A stretch of 64,000 bases of DNA from Escherichia coli (GTDB lineage: Bacteria; Pseudomonadota; Gammaproteobacteria; Enterobacterales; Enterobacteriaceae), in the NCBI RefSeq assembly GCF_003790525.1, contig NZ_CP033635.1, one strand, 5' to 3'. The notes beneath the pieces are model-generated. The model was not told the origin of the DNA, searched no databases, and worked only from the letters and a program-made list of their open reading frames with translations. Position numbers and translations under genes: made by a program. Shown here piece by piece: positions 1 to 13,368 of the stretch; positions within the stretch are counted from its first letter, which is position 1; the number at the start of each line of letters is the position of its first letter.

Positions 1-403
1 TACCCATCAGTTCGAAAATGGTTTCTGTCAGCACGCGGGTTGGATCTTCGCTAACCCCGTGAACCACCACAGGAAAACCGAGTTTGTGCAGGAGAATCGC
101 CAACAACGGCGTCAGGTTGGCCTGTTTACGCGCGCCGTTGTAACTGGGGATGACAATCGGCATCGGCTTGTCTGCAGGCGGCGTCAGCTTGATGGTGTGA
201 TTTTGCATGGCTTCGTAAAAGCCGAGCATCTCTGCTTCCCCTTCCCCTTTGATACGCAGCGCAATCAATACGCCGCCCAACTCAAGGTCAGGGACTTCAC
301 CATTGAGCATATGGGCATACAGACCGCGCGCAGTATCCCGGTCTAAATCGCGCGCGTGGTTTTTCCCGCGCCCGATCTCTTTAATGATTTTGCGATAGTC
401 CAT
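1..403 (-). CDS. ybiB: YbiB, anthranilate phosphoribosyltransferase-like protein (N-terminal part only; gene continues beyond window start)
   Basis: ATG at 401-403 (reverse); translation MDYRKIIKEIGRGKNHARDLDRD... is open to the window edge; lies directly downstream of dinG as in the E. coli dinG-ybiB operon. Confidence 0.85.
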   Translation of the reverse strand, partial: MDYRKIIKEIGRGKNHARDLDRDTARGLYAHMLNGEVPDLELGGVLIALRIKGEGEAEMLGFYEAMQNHTIKLTPPADKPMPIVIPSYNGARKQANLTPLLAILLHKLGFPVVVHGVSEDPTRVLTETIFELMG

Positions 404-430
404 TTACGACTCCTTACCTGACTCACATCA

Positions 431-2581
431 TTAACGCCGCCGACGGCGTGGGGATTTCGTTTTTTCTTTCTTTTTAACTATACCTTCAGGGACTTCCGGT
501 TGCTCTATCGGAAATACCGGTAATGCATCCAGTAGCCGCTTGCCGTAGTTTTTGGTGAGCAAGCGTTTATCGTAAATCACCACTTCGCCCCAGCAACCGT
601 GGCTTCGAATCAGTCGCCCAACCTGCTGAATCAGGTTAAACGAGGCGCTCGGCAGGCTTTGCACCTCAAACGGATAGCGGTTGAGGCTTTTCAGCCATTC
701 CCCTTCGGTGATCACCACGGGGCTGTCGATGGGCGGAAAAGCGATTTTGTGGATATGCACCTGGCTGAGCAGATCGCCTTTCAGATCAAGCCCTTCGGCA
801 AATGACTGTAAGCCCACCAGCACGCTGCGCTCACCGTTGGCGACGCGTTTGCGGTGCAGTTCAACTAAACGGTAACGCGGCTGATCGCCCTGCACCAGCA
901 ACATCAGACGTAAATCCGTCACATAGTCGAGAAAGCGCTGCATCGCCCGTCCGCTGGCAAACAGTACCAACATACCGAGATGTTTTTTGCTCTCCACCTG
1001 CTTACGGAAAAAGGCCGCCATTTCGGCAATATGCTGCTCTTCGTTGTCGAGGGAAGGCTCAACGCGCATCCGGGGAATAACAATTTTGCCCTGTTCGCAG
1101 TGGTTAAAGGGGGAATCCAGCGCCACAAAACGGTCGCCCGCTTTCTCTTTCAGCCCACTCATCTCCTGCAAACGCGAAAAACTGTTCAGCGAACGCAAGG
1201 TTGCGGAGGTAACAATAATGTGCGGAATACTGCGCCACAGCAGCCTTTCCAGTTGGTCGCTAACACGAATACCCACACAGTGAAACCAGAGATGCAGCTG
1301 CCCTTCGCGCTCTTCCCGCGTCGCCCATTTGGTCACCGGCGCACCGGAAGATTGCGCCAGAGACGCCAGCCGCCAGAGTTTGCTTTGCGCCTCGAACATC
1401 CCCAACGCGCGGTTCATCTGCAAAATCAACCGATGCAGGCGTACAATGTCATGGCTGCCGGTTTTCTCACTTAAATCGTTAAGAAATAACTCCGCCAGGC
1501 CACGCAGCATCTCGGTGAGTTTTGCCAGCCGCTGGCAGATCTCCAGTACTTCATCAGGCAGTTCGCCCATCGCAAAACGGTGCTCTGCCTCCTGCCCGGC
1601 AGGCATGTAGAGGTTGAGAATGTTGTTTAACGAGGCGATAAGCTCATACAACTCTTCACAATGGGCATTCAAACGTTCAGGGATCGCCAGCGGCGGGATG
1701 GTCTTCGGGCGAAACTGCTCCATGCAGGTAGCGACCAGTTTCGTGAACAAGTCCAGCTGTAGCCGATACCACGGTGCGGTGATTTCTGCACTCATCTCCA
1801 GCGCATCCCGCGCCACATCCGGCAGGTGATGACCTTCGTCCAGCACCAGCAGTAAATTTTTCGGGTCAGGCAATACGGCTTCGCTTTCCATCGCCGCCAT
1901 CACCAGCGCATGGTTTGCCACCACCACTTCCGCTTCCTGAATCTCCCGACGAGCGACAAAAAACGGGCATTCGCGATAGTAATAACAGTTGCGGTTAAGG
2001 CAACTGGCCTTGTCGGTGCTCAAACGACGCCAGAGATCGTCATCTATAGCGATATCAGTATGATCACGCAGACCATCCCATTTATAAGTGTCGAGATCGC
2101 CCTTCAGCTTCGCACAACGTTTTTGTTCTTCCTGATTGTTCGGCGTCAGTTCGTCGTCAAGAAACGCCAGCAAATCCTGTTGCGTGGGTTCAGTGCTGGC
2201 GAGCGCCGTCAGATTACGCGGACAAACGTAGCGCCCACGCCCAAAAGCGGCAGTGAATTTAAGATCGGGAATGATCTTTTTCAGCAGCGGTAAATCTTTA
2301 CTGTAGATCTGATCCTGCAATGCCACGTTGGCGGTACTCACCACCAGCGTTTTTTGCTCTTCGCGGGCAATGGCGATGCCAGGGATCAAATAGGAGAGCG
2401 TTTTCCCAACGCCAGTGGGGGCTTCAATCGCCAGATGCCGCCCTTCTTCTCCGGCCAGCGTTTTGGCGACGTCCGCAATCATCTGCCGCTGCGGCGCACG
2501 GGGAATAAAGTCGGGGATCTGTTCCTGAAGCGCCTTATACCAGGCGGCAATTTGCGCTTTAAGCGCGGCGGTTAATGCCAT
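431..2581 (-). CDS. dinG: ATP-dependent DNA helicase DinG (716 aa)
   Basis: ORF track 716 aa, MALTAALKAQIAAWYKALQEQ...; length and sequence match recalled DinG; LexA box upstream. Confidence 0.97.
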   Translation of the reverse strand: MALTAALKAQIAAWYKALQEQIPDFIPRAPQRQMIADVAKTLAGEEGRHLAIEAPTGVGKTLSYLIPGIAIAREEQKTLVVSTANVALQDQIYSKDLPLLKKIIPDLKFTAAFGRGRYVCPRNLTALASTEPTQQDLLAFLDDELTPNNQEEQKRCAKLKGDLDTYKWDGLRDHTDIAIDDDLWRRLSTDKASCLNRNCYYYRECPFFVARREIQEAEVVVANHALVMAAMESEAVLPDPKNLLLVLDEGHHLPDVARDALEMSAEITAPWYRLQLDLFTKLVATCMEQFRPKTIPPLAIPERLNAHCEELYELIASLNNILNLYMPAGQEAEHRFAMGELPDEVLEICQRLAKLTEMLRGLAELFLNDLSEKTGSHDIVRLHRLILQMNRALGMFEAQSKLWRLASLAQSSGAPVTKWATREEREGQLHLWFHCVGIRVSDQLERLLWRSIPHIIVTSATLRSLNSFSRLQEMSGLKEKAGDRFVALDSPFNHCEQGKIVIPRMRVEPSLDNEEQHIAEMAAFFRKQVESKKHLGMLVLFASGRAMQRFLDYVTDLRLMLLVQGDQPRYRLVELHRKRVANGERSVLVGLQSFAEGLDLKGDLLSQVHIHKIAFPPIDSPVVITEGEWLKSLNRYPFEVQSLPSASFNLIQQVGRLIRSHGCWGEVVIYDKRLLTKNYGKRLLDALPVFPIEQPEVPEGIVKKKEKTKSPRRRRR

Positions 2582-2593
2582 GAGAAAACCTGA

Positions 2594-2613
2594 AATACTG
2601 TATAAACAGCCAA
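2594..2613 (-). promoter_or_regulatory. LexA box (CTG-N10-CAG type, CTGTTTATACAG on the coding strand) in the dinG promoter
   Basis: aatactgtataaacagccaa about 15 nt upstream of the dinG ATG; matches SOS-box consensus. Confidence 0.6.
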
Positions 2614-2751
2614 TATTGTGGCATTTTTCGGTTTTCAGGGGTAATGGTTTTTCTGTTTCTGGAAAGCGGCTCGCAATAACGTTTTCTGGCTGTGGGGTTT
2701 TCTCGCAACAGAAGAAACATCATTGCGTAGTAAAAGACAATGCACGCAGGC

Positions 2752-3033
2752 TTATTGCGCTGGTGGCCATTGCAGGGCGGTATGTAAAACACGCAGTACC
2801 GAGAGCGTATCGCCCTCCACTTGGTAGATCAGCACATAATGCGGCCTGACAACGGCTTCATGTGTACCAGCGACTCGTCCGGCCCGGTACATCTCCGGGC
2901 GTTCACAGGCCTGTTCCGCAATGGCTTCAAATTGATTATCAAGGGCTATTGCCGCTAGCGGATTATCTTTACTGATGTATTCCATGATTTGCTCCCTGTC
3001 AGACAGGGACATTGGCTTCCATTCCAGACGCAT
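2752..3033 (-). CDS. Type II toxin, ParE/RelE superfamily (93 aa)
   Basis: MRLEWKPMSLSDREQIMEYISKDNPLAAIA...HYVLIYQVEGDTLSVLRVLHTALQWP has the length and conserved pattern of ParE/RelE toxins; its ATG overlaps the stop of the upstream ORF by 1 nt (TAATG). Confidence 0.8.
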   Translation of the reverse strand: MRLEWKPMSLSDREQIMEYISKDNPLAAIALDNQFEAIAEQACERPEMYRAGRVAGTHEAVVRPHYVLIYQVEGDTLSVLRVLHTALQWPPAQ

Positions 3034-3473
3034 TAATCCCCCTTCAGCAAGGCTTTTTTACGGGCAGCAAATAGACTTTTGGCCTCTTCATGAGAGAGCG
3101 CCGGGCGTGGATCGTCAATGGCGGCCTGTACCTGTTCACGAAACCAGGCGTCATACGCGGCAGCTTCATGAGCTCGTTTTAATGCCTCTGCCCTGTCTGG
3201 TCGGGTCGTTTTCTTCTGACCGTCCGGGTCGTAATGAGAGGCGTCGACTTCAAACCGGGCAATACCAACATCTTTCAGGTAGTTGACAACCGTTTCCAGC
3301 CGTTTAAACAAGCGAATTTGCCGACTGCGTTGTGCTGCAAGAGGCCGTTCAGTGTGGCCGTATTTCACGGTCAACGACCAGCCTCCCTGGGTGCCAATAA
3401 CGTGTGCTGCATCCACTACGCCAGATTCAACCAGTTTATGTAAGGTTGAGTGATCGATCGTTTCTGGTGCCAT
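3033..3473 (-). CDS. Putative cognate antitoxin (146 aa) with a ParD/PaaA2-like C-terminal tail and an unassigned N-terminal domain
   Basis: ATG start with AAGAGG ribosome-binding site 8 nt upstream; C-terminal ...YDAWFREQVQAAIDDPRPALSHEEAKSLFAARKKALLKGD resembles the W-x-R...DPRPA tail of ParD/PaaA2-type antitoxins (from memory); translationally coupled to the toxin. Confidence 0.65.
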   Translation of the reverse strand: MAPETIDHSTLHKLVESGVVDAAHVIGTQGGWSLTVKYGHTERPLAAQRSRQIRLFKRLETVVNYLKDVGIARFEVDASHYDPDGQKKTTRPDRAEALKRAHEAAAYDAWFREQVQAAIDDPRPALSHEEAKSLFAARKKALLKGD

Positions 3474-3501
3474 AATGCGCTAACCTCTTTGTATACGGCA
3501 T

Positions 3502-3563
3502 GCAATTTATAATTAAAGATAGCGCAATTAATAATAAATTGCAGCACCTTAATCGTAAATTGC
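3502..3563 (-). promoter_or_regulatory. Putative promoter/operator of the toxin-antitoxin cassette: repeated GCAATT/AATTGC hexamers and a 13-bp imperfect inverted repeat
   Basis: gcaatttataatt (3502-3514) pairs 12/13 with aataataaattgc (3530-3542); further GCAATT at 3524-3529 and AATTGC at 3558-3563; AT-rich; 30-90 nt upstream of the antitoxin ATG. Confidence 0.45.
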
Positions 3564-3604
3564 CCAGGATAAAATTGCGGTAGAAAGAGATTTGTTGCGA
3601 ATAT

Positions 3605-3621
3605 GCCGGGCATCGCCCGGC
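3605..3621 (-). terminator. Hairpin just downstream of rhlE stop (7-bp GC stem, 3-nt loop); possible terminator
   Basis: gccgggc-atc-gcccggc located 9 nt after the rhlE stop codon; no strong U-tract. Confidence 0.35.
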
Positions 3622-3629
3622 ATAAAAGA

Positions 3630-4994
3630 TTACTGCGCAGCGGCAGGTTTACGCGGACGGCGACGGCGTTGTTGTTCGCCTGCCGGTTTGGCATCACCAA
3701 GACGACGAGATGTTTTTTCTGCGGGCTTCGCGCTAGCTGATTTCGCACCACCTTCTCCACGGCGTGGTTGCTGTTGACCGCGACCACCACCTTGCCCACG
3801 ACCGCCGCCGCCACGTTGCTGGCGACCGTTCTGGATCGGTTCGGCTTTGATTGACGGGTCCGGCTCATAACCCGGAATCGCAATGCGCGGGATCTCTTTT
3901 TTCAGCAGTTTTTCGATATCACGCAGCAGTTTGTGTTCATCAACACACACCAGCGACAACGCTTCACCGGTAGCAGCCGCACGACCGGTACGCCCGATAC
4001 GGTGGACATAATCTTCCGGTACGTTTGGCAGTTCATAGTTGACCACGTGCGGCAGCTCTTCAATATCCAGGCCGCGCGCAGCGATGTCAGTTGCCACCAG
4101 TACACGAATATCGCCCGATTTAAAATCAGCCAGCGCACGGGTACGCGCACCTTGCGATTTATTGCCGTGGATCGCCGCACTGCGGATGCCATCTTTATTA
4201 AGCTGTTCAGCCAGATGGTTAGCGCCATGTTTGGTACGGGTAAACACCAGCACCTGCTGCCAGTTCCCTTTCCCAATCATATGCGACAGCAATTCGCGTT
4301 TGCGTTTCTTATCGACAAAGTGAACGTGCTGGGTCACCTGATCAGACGCAGTATTGCGGCGTGCCACTTCGATTTCCAGCGGGTTGTGCAACAGTTTTTC
4401 CGCCAGGGCTTTAATATCGTCAGAGAAGGTCGCGGAGAACAACAGGTTCTGGCGCTTCGCTGGCAGTTTTGTTAACACGCGACGGATATCGTGGATAAAG
4501 CCCATGTCGAGCATGCGGTCAGCTTCATCAAGGACGAGGATTTCAACCTGATCCAGCTTCACTGCATTTTGATGTTCCAGGTCCAGCAGACGTCCCGGCG
4601 TTGCCACCAGCACATCAACGCCGCCGCGCAACTTCATCATTTGTGGGTTAATGCTGACACCGCCAAACACCACCAGCGAACGAATGTTCAGGTATTTGCT
4701 GTAATCACGGACGTTTTCGCCAATCTGCGCCGCCAGTTCACGGGTCGGGGTAAGAATGAGCGCACGTACCGGACGACGCCCTTTGGCGTGCGGCTGGCGA
4801 GTGATCAGGTGTTGCAACAGCGGCAGCGTAAAGCCCGCTGTTTTGCCGGTGCCGGTCTGGGCGCTGGCCATCAGGTCGCGGCCTTCCAACACCGCAGGGA
4901 TCGCCTGCTGCTGAATAGGGGTGGGTTCACGGTAACCCTGCTCGGCAACGGCGCGCAGGATATCAGGGCTTAAACCCAAAGAATCGAAAGACAT
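3630..4994 (-). CDS. rhlE: ATP-dependent RNA helicase RhlE (DEAD-box, 454 aa)
   Basis: ORF track 454 aa, [33 protein letters not shown]..., Gly/Arg-rich C-terminus. Confidence 0.96.
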   Translation of the reverse strand: MSFDSLGLSPDILRAVAEQGYREPTPIQQQAIPAVLEGRDLMASAQTGTGKTAGFTLPLLQHLITRQPHAKGRRPVRALILTPTRELAAQIGENVRDYSKYLNIRSLVVFGGVSINPQMMKLRGGVDVLVATPGRLLDLEHQNAVKLDQVEILVLDEADRMLDMGFIHDIRRVLTKLPAKRQNLLFSATFSDDIKALAEKLLHNPLEIEVARRNTASDQVTQHVHFVDKKRKRELLSHMIGKGNWQQVLVFTRTKHGANHLAEQLNKDGIRSAAIHGNKSQGARTRALADFKSGDIRVLVATDIAARGLDIEELPHVVNYELPNVPEDYVHRIGRTGRAAATGEALSLVCVDEHKLLRDIEKLLKKEIPRIAIPGYEPDPSIKAEPIQNGRQQRGGGGRGQGGGRGQQQPRRGEGGAKSASAKPAEKTSRRLGDAKPAGEQQRRRRPRKPAAAQ

Positions 4995-5187
4995 AACTAC
5001 TCCGAACCGCCCCGACCGTTACCGGTGTAGTTTTCAGGGAGATACTGAAAAGGAAAATGACAAAAACCACAATGTCATGAGGGAGCGGAGTGTAGCAGTT
5101 TTTGTGACGCAGCGCATAAATTATCCCTGCGACTGGCGTAGCTAAAATTCTTAGCCATACTGGACAACTCCCCTATGGAGTCATAAT

Positions 5188-5209
5188 CTTAATCAATCAT
5201 TTGATTAAG
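5188..5209. promoter_or_regulatory. Perfect 9-bp inverted repeat (CTTAATCAA-N4-TTGATTAAG), candidate TetR-type operator for CecR
   Basis: cttaatcaa tcat ttgattaag located 14 nt upstream of the cecR ATG. Confidence 0.45.
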
Positions 5210-5222
5210 AATGGACTGTGCG

Positions 5223-8613
<3,391 letters not shown>

Positions 8614-8621
<8 letters not shown>

Positions 8622-9747
8622 TCCGATCCTGTCCTGGCGTCGCGTGCGGGCACTGTGCGTCAAAGAGACGCGGCAGATCGTTCGCGATCCGAGTAGCTGG
8701 CTGATTGCGGTAGTGATCCCACTGCTACTGCTGTTTATTTTTGGATACGGCATTAACCTCGACTCCAGCAAGCTGCGGGTCGGGATATTGCTGGAACAGC
8801 GTAGCGAAGCGGCGCTGGATTTCACCCACACCATGACCGGTTCGCCCTACATCGACGCCACCATCAGCGATAACCGTCAGGAACTGATCGCCAAAATGCA
8901 GGCGGGGAAAATTCGCGGTCTGGTGGTTATTCCCGTGGATTTCGCCGAACAGATGGAGCGCGCCAGCGCCACCGCACCGATTCAGGTGATCACCGACGGC
9001 AGTGAGCCGAATACCGCTAACTTTGTGCAGGGGTATGTCGAAGGGATCTGGCAGATCTGGCAAATGCAGCGAGCGGAGGATAACGGGCAGACTTTTGAAC
9101 CGCTTATTGATGTACAAACCCGCTACTGGTTTAACCCGGCGGCGATTAGCCAGCACTTTATTATCCCCGGTGCGGTGACCATTATCATGACGGTCATCGG
9201 CGCGATTCTCACCTCGCTGGTGGTGGCGCGAGAATGGGAACGCGGCACCATGGAGGCTCTGCTCTCTACGGAGATTACCCGCACGGAACTGCTACTGTGT
9301 AAGCTGATCCCTTATTATTTTCTCGGGATGCTGGCGATGCTGCTGTGTATGCTGGTGTCAGTGTTTATTCTCGGCGTGCCGTATCGTGGGTCACTGCTGA
9401 TTCTGTTTTTTATCTCCAGCCTGTTTTTACTCAGTACCCTGGGGATGGGGCTGCTGATTTCCACGATTACCCGCAACCAGTTCAATGCCGCTCAGGTCGC
9501 TCTGAACGCGGCTTTTCTGCCGTCGATTATGCTTTCCGGCTTTATATTTCAGATAGACAGTATGCCCGCGGTGATCCGCGCGGTGACGTACATTATTCCC
9601 GCACGTTATTTCGTCAGCACCCTGCAAAGCCTGTTCCTCGCCGGGAATATTCCGGTGGTACTGGTGGTGAACGTGCTGTTTTTGATCGCTTCGGCGGTGA
9701 TGTTTATCGGCCTGACGTGGCTGAAAACCAAACGTCGGCTGGATTAG
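8614..9747 (+). CDS. ybhS: ABC-2 family permease YbhS (377 aa)
   Basis: [22 protein letters not shown]..., multi-TM; overlaps ybhF stop. Confidence 0.93.
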
Positions 9748-9757
9748 GGAGAAGAGC

Positions 9758-10864
9758 ATGTTTCATCGCTTATGGACGTTAATCCGCAAAGAGTTGCAGT
9801 CGCTGCTGCGCGAACCGCAAACCCGCGCAATTCTGATTTTACCCGTGCTGATTCAGGTGATCCTGTTCCCGTTCGCCGCCACGCTGGAAGTGACCAACGC
9901 CACCATCGCCATCTACGATGAAGATAACGGCGAGCATTCGGTGGAACTTACTCAACGTTTTGCCCGCGCCAGCGCCTTTACCCATGTGCTGCTGCTGAAA
10001 AGCCCGCAGGAGATCCGCCCGACCATCGACACACAAAAGGCGTTACTCCTGGTGCGTTTCCCGGCTGACTTCTCGCGCAAACTGGATACCTTCCAGACCG
10101 CGCCGTTACAGTTGATCCTAGACGGGCGTAACTCCAACAGTGCGCAAATTGCCGCCAACTACCTGCAACAGATCGTCAAAAATTATCAGCAGGAGCTGCT
10201 GGAAGGAAAACCGAAACCCAACAACAGCGAGCTGGTGGTACGCAACTGGTATAACCCGAATCTCGACTACAAATGGTTTGTGGTGCCGTCGCTGATCGCC
10301 ATGATCACCACTATCGGCGTAATGATCGTCACGTCACTTTCCGTCGCCCGCGAACGTGAACAAGGTACGCTCGATCAGTTACTGGTTTCGCCGCTCACCA
10401 CCTGGCAGATATTTATCGGCAAAGCCGTACCTGCGTTAATTGTCGCCACGTTTCAGGCCACCATTGTGCTGGCGATTGGTATCTGGGCGTATCAAATCCC
10501 CTTCGCCGGATCGCTGGCGCTGTTCTACTTTACGATGGTGATTTACGGTTTATCGCTGGTGGGATTCGGTCTGTTGATTTCATCACTCTGTTCAACACAA
10601 CAACAGGCGTTTATCGGCGTGTTTGTCTTTATGATGCCCGCCATTCTTCTTTCCGGTTACGTTTCGCCGGTGGAAAACATGCCAGTATGGCTGCAAAACC
10701 TGACGTGGATTAACCCTATTCGCCACTTTACGGACATTACCAAGCAGATTTATTTGAAGGATGCGAGTCTGGATATTGTGTGGAATAGTTTGTGGCCGCT
10801 ACTGGTGATAACGGCCACGACAGGGTCAGCGGCGTACGCGATGTTTAGACGCAAGGTGATGTAA
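9758..10864 (+). CDS. ybhR: ABC-2 family permease YbhR (368 aa)
   Basis: ORF track 368 aa, [23 protein letters not shown]..., paralogous to ybhS. Confidence 0.93.
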
Positions 10865-11236
10865 TTTTTTATCTTTCGCCAGCAAAGACACTACCGCCGG
10901 GCCAGCAAGGATTGCCAGCCCTGCAATTGCCAGCAAAAAGTTGTTTTCCAGTACACGGGACAACAGCCACAGCACAATCAGCGCTGCGCCAAAATACCAG
11001 GTCGTGGTCAGCTCTTCCAGCACGTCTGCCACCTCACGCCAGCGTTGCTCGGGGTGGCGCTGAAACACCAGCATCATCACTACCGTGACACAATACAGTG
11101 CGCATAATCCCACGCCGACGTGAACCAGAGTCTTACTCATCCAGCCCACCACCAGCAGCGCCACTACCAGTAAATGCAACATAATCTGCCAGCAACTTAG
11201 GCCAGTTGCGACACGAACACGTTGTTGCCACTTCAT
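10826..11236 (-). CDS. ybhQ: Inner membrane protein YbhQ (136 aa)
   Basis: ORF track 136 aa, hydrophobic; position between ybhR and ybhP. Confidence 0.88.
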
Positions 11237-11368
11237 GGCTTCTCTCCTGAAGAATTTATCTCTACTTATTCAGAGTACCGAACTTTACGGAAAATTCCGT
11301 AAGACCGCACCTTTTTGTGACGCCGACTACACTATTTCAATGAGATAAGAGGCAAAGACAGGAAAATT

Positions 11369-12130
11369 ATGCCCGATCAAACACAACAATTTTCGTTCAA
11401 GGTGCTCACCATCAATATTCACAAAGGCTTTACCGCGTTTAACCGACGCTTCATTTTGCCGGAACTTCGCGACGCCGTGCGTACCGTCAGTGCCGATATT
11501 GTTTGCCTGCAGGAAGTGATGGGCGCGCACGAAGTTCATCCGCTGCATGTGGAAAACTGGCCCGATACCTCGCACTACGAGTTTCTCGCCGACACCATGT
11601 GGAGCGATTTCGCCTACGGTCGCAATGCCGTATACCCGGAAGGACATCACGGTAATGCGGTTCTTTCACGTTATCCCATTGAACATTATGAGAATCGTGA
11701 TGTTTCGGTCGATGGTGCGGAAAAGCGCGGCGTGCTCTACTGCCGCATTGTGCCGCCGATGACCGGGAAAGCGATTCATGTGATGTGCGTACATCTGGGC
11801 CTGCGTGAGGCGCACCGTCAGGCGCAGCTTGCGATGCTCGCCGAATGGGTGAATGAGCTGCCGGACGGCGAACCGGTATTGGTGGCGGGTGATTTCAACG
11901 ACTGGCGGCAAAAAGCTAATCATCCGTTAAAAGTGCAGGCCGGGCTGGATGAGATATTTACCCGCGCCCACGGACGCCCGGCGCGCACGTTTCCGGTGCA
12001 ATTTCCTCTACTACGACTGGACAGGATCTACGTCAAAAATGCCAGCGCCAGCGCGCCAACCGCGTTGCCGCTGCGGACATGGCGACACCTTTCTGATCAT
12101 GCCCCTTTAAGTGCGGAGATTCATTTATGA
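11369..12130 (+). CDS. ybhP: Endonuclease/exonuclease/phosphatase family protein YbhP (253 aa)
   Basis: ORF track 253 aa; overlaps clsB start. Confidence 0.9.
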
Positions 12131-13368
12131 AATGTAGCTGGCGCGAAGGCAATAAGATCCAGTTGCTGGAAAACGGCGAGCAATATTATCCCGCGGTGTT
12201 TAAGGCGATTGGCGAGGCGCAAGAACGCATCATTCTTGAAACGTTTATCTGGTTTGAGGATGACGTCGGCAAACAGCTGCATGCGGCGCTACTGGCAGCA
12301 GCGCAACGCGGGGTGAAAGCGGAAGTCTTGCTGGATGGCTACGGTTCGCCGGATCTCAGCGATGAGTTTGTCAATGAACTGACGGCAGCTGGCGTGGTAT
12401 TTCGCTACTACGATCCCCGCCCGCGCCTTTTTGGTATGCGCACCAATGTGTTTCGCCGGATGCATCGCAAAATTGTGGTGATCGACGCGCTTATCGCCTT
12501 TATTGGCGGGCTGAATTACTCCGCCGAGCATATGTCCAGCTACGGTCCAGAGGCCAAACAGGATTACGCGGTACGCCTTGAAGGGCCGATTGTTGAAGAT
12601 ATCCTCCAGTTTGAACAGGAAAATCTGCCAGGACAGAGCGCGGCCCGACGCTGGTGGCGACGTCATCACAAAGCGGAAGAAAATCGCCAGCCGGGAGAAG
12701 CGCAGGTATTGCTGGTCTGGCGCGATAACGAAGAACATCGCGATGATATCGAACGTCACTATCTGAAAATGCTCACTCAGGCGCGGCGAGAAGTGATTAT
12801 CGCCAACGCCTACTTCTTCCCCGGCTATCGATTTTTACACGCCTTGCGTAAAGCGGCACGGCGCGGGGTGCGGATCAAACTGATCATTCAGGGCGAACCG
12901 GATATGCCGATTGTCAGAGTCGGTGCGCGTTTGCTGTATAACTATCTGGTTAAAGGCGGCGTTCAGGTGTTTGAGTACCGCCGCCGTCCGCTACATGGCA
13001 AAGTGGCATTGATGGACGATCACTGGGCGACGGTAGGATCCAGTAATCTCGATCCGCTCAGTTTGTCACTGAATCTCGAAGCAAATGTCATCATCCACGA
13101 TCGTCATTTTAACCAGACGCTGCGTGATAATCTGAACGGCATTATCGCCGCAGATTGTCAGCAGGTGGATGAGACCATGCTGCCGAAACGCACCTGGTGG
13201 AATCTGACCAAAAGCGTGCTGGCCTTCCACTTTTTACGCCACTTCCCGGCGCTGGTCGGCTGGCTTCCGGCACACACGCCACGTCTGGCGCAGGTTGATC
13301 CCCCCGCACAACCGACAATGGAAACGCAGGATCGGGTAGAAACTGAAAACACGGGGGTAAAACCCTGA
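12127..13368 (+). CDS. clsB: Cardiolipin synthase B (phospholipase D family, 413 aa)
   Basis: ORF track 413 aa; two HxK...D (HKD) motifs ([17 protein letters not shown]). Confidence 0.93.

Noticed and set aside
59-346. 95-aa plus-strand ORF at the window start
   Set aside because: Antisense to ybiB, whose minus-strand reading frame is open through the whole segment and gives a recognisable protein.
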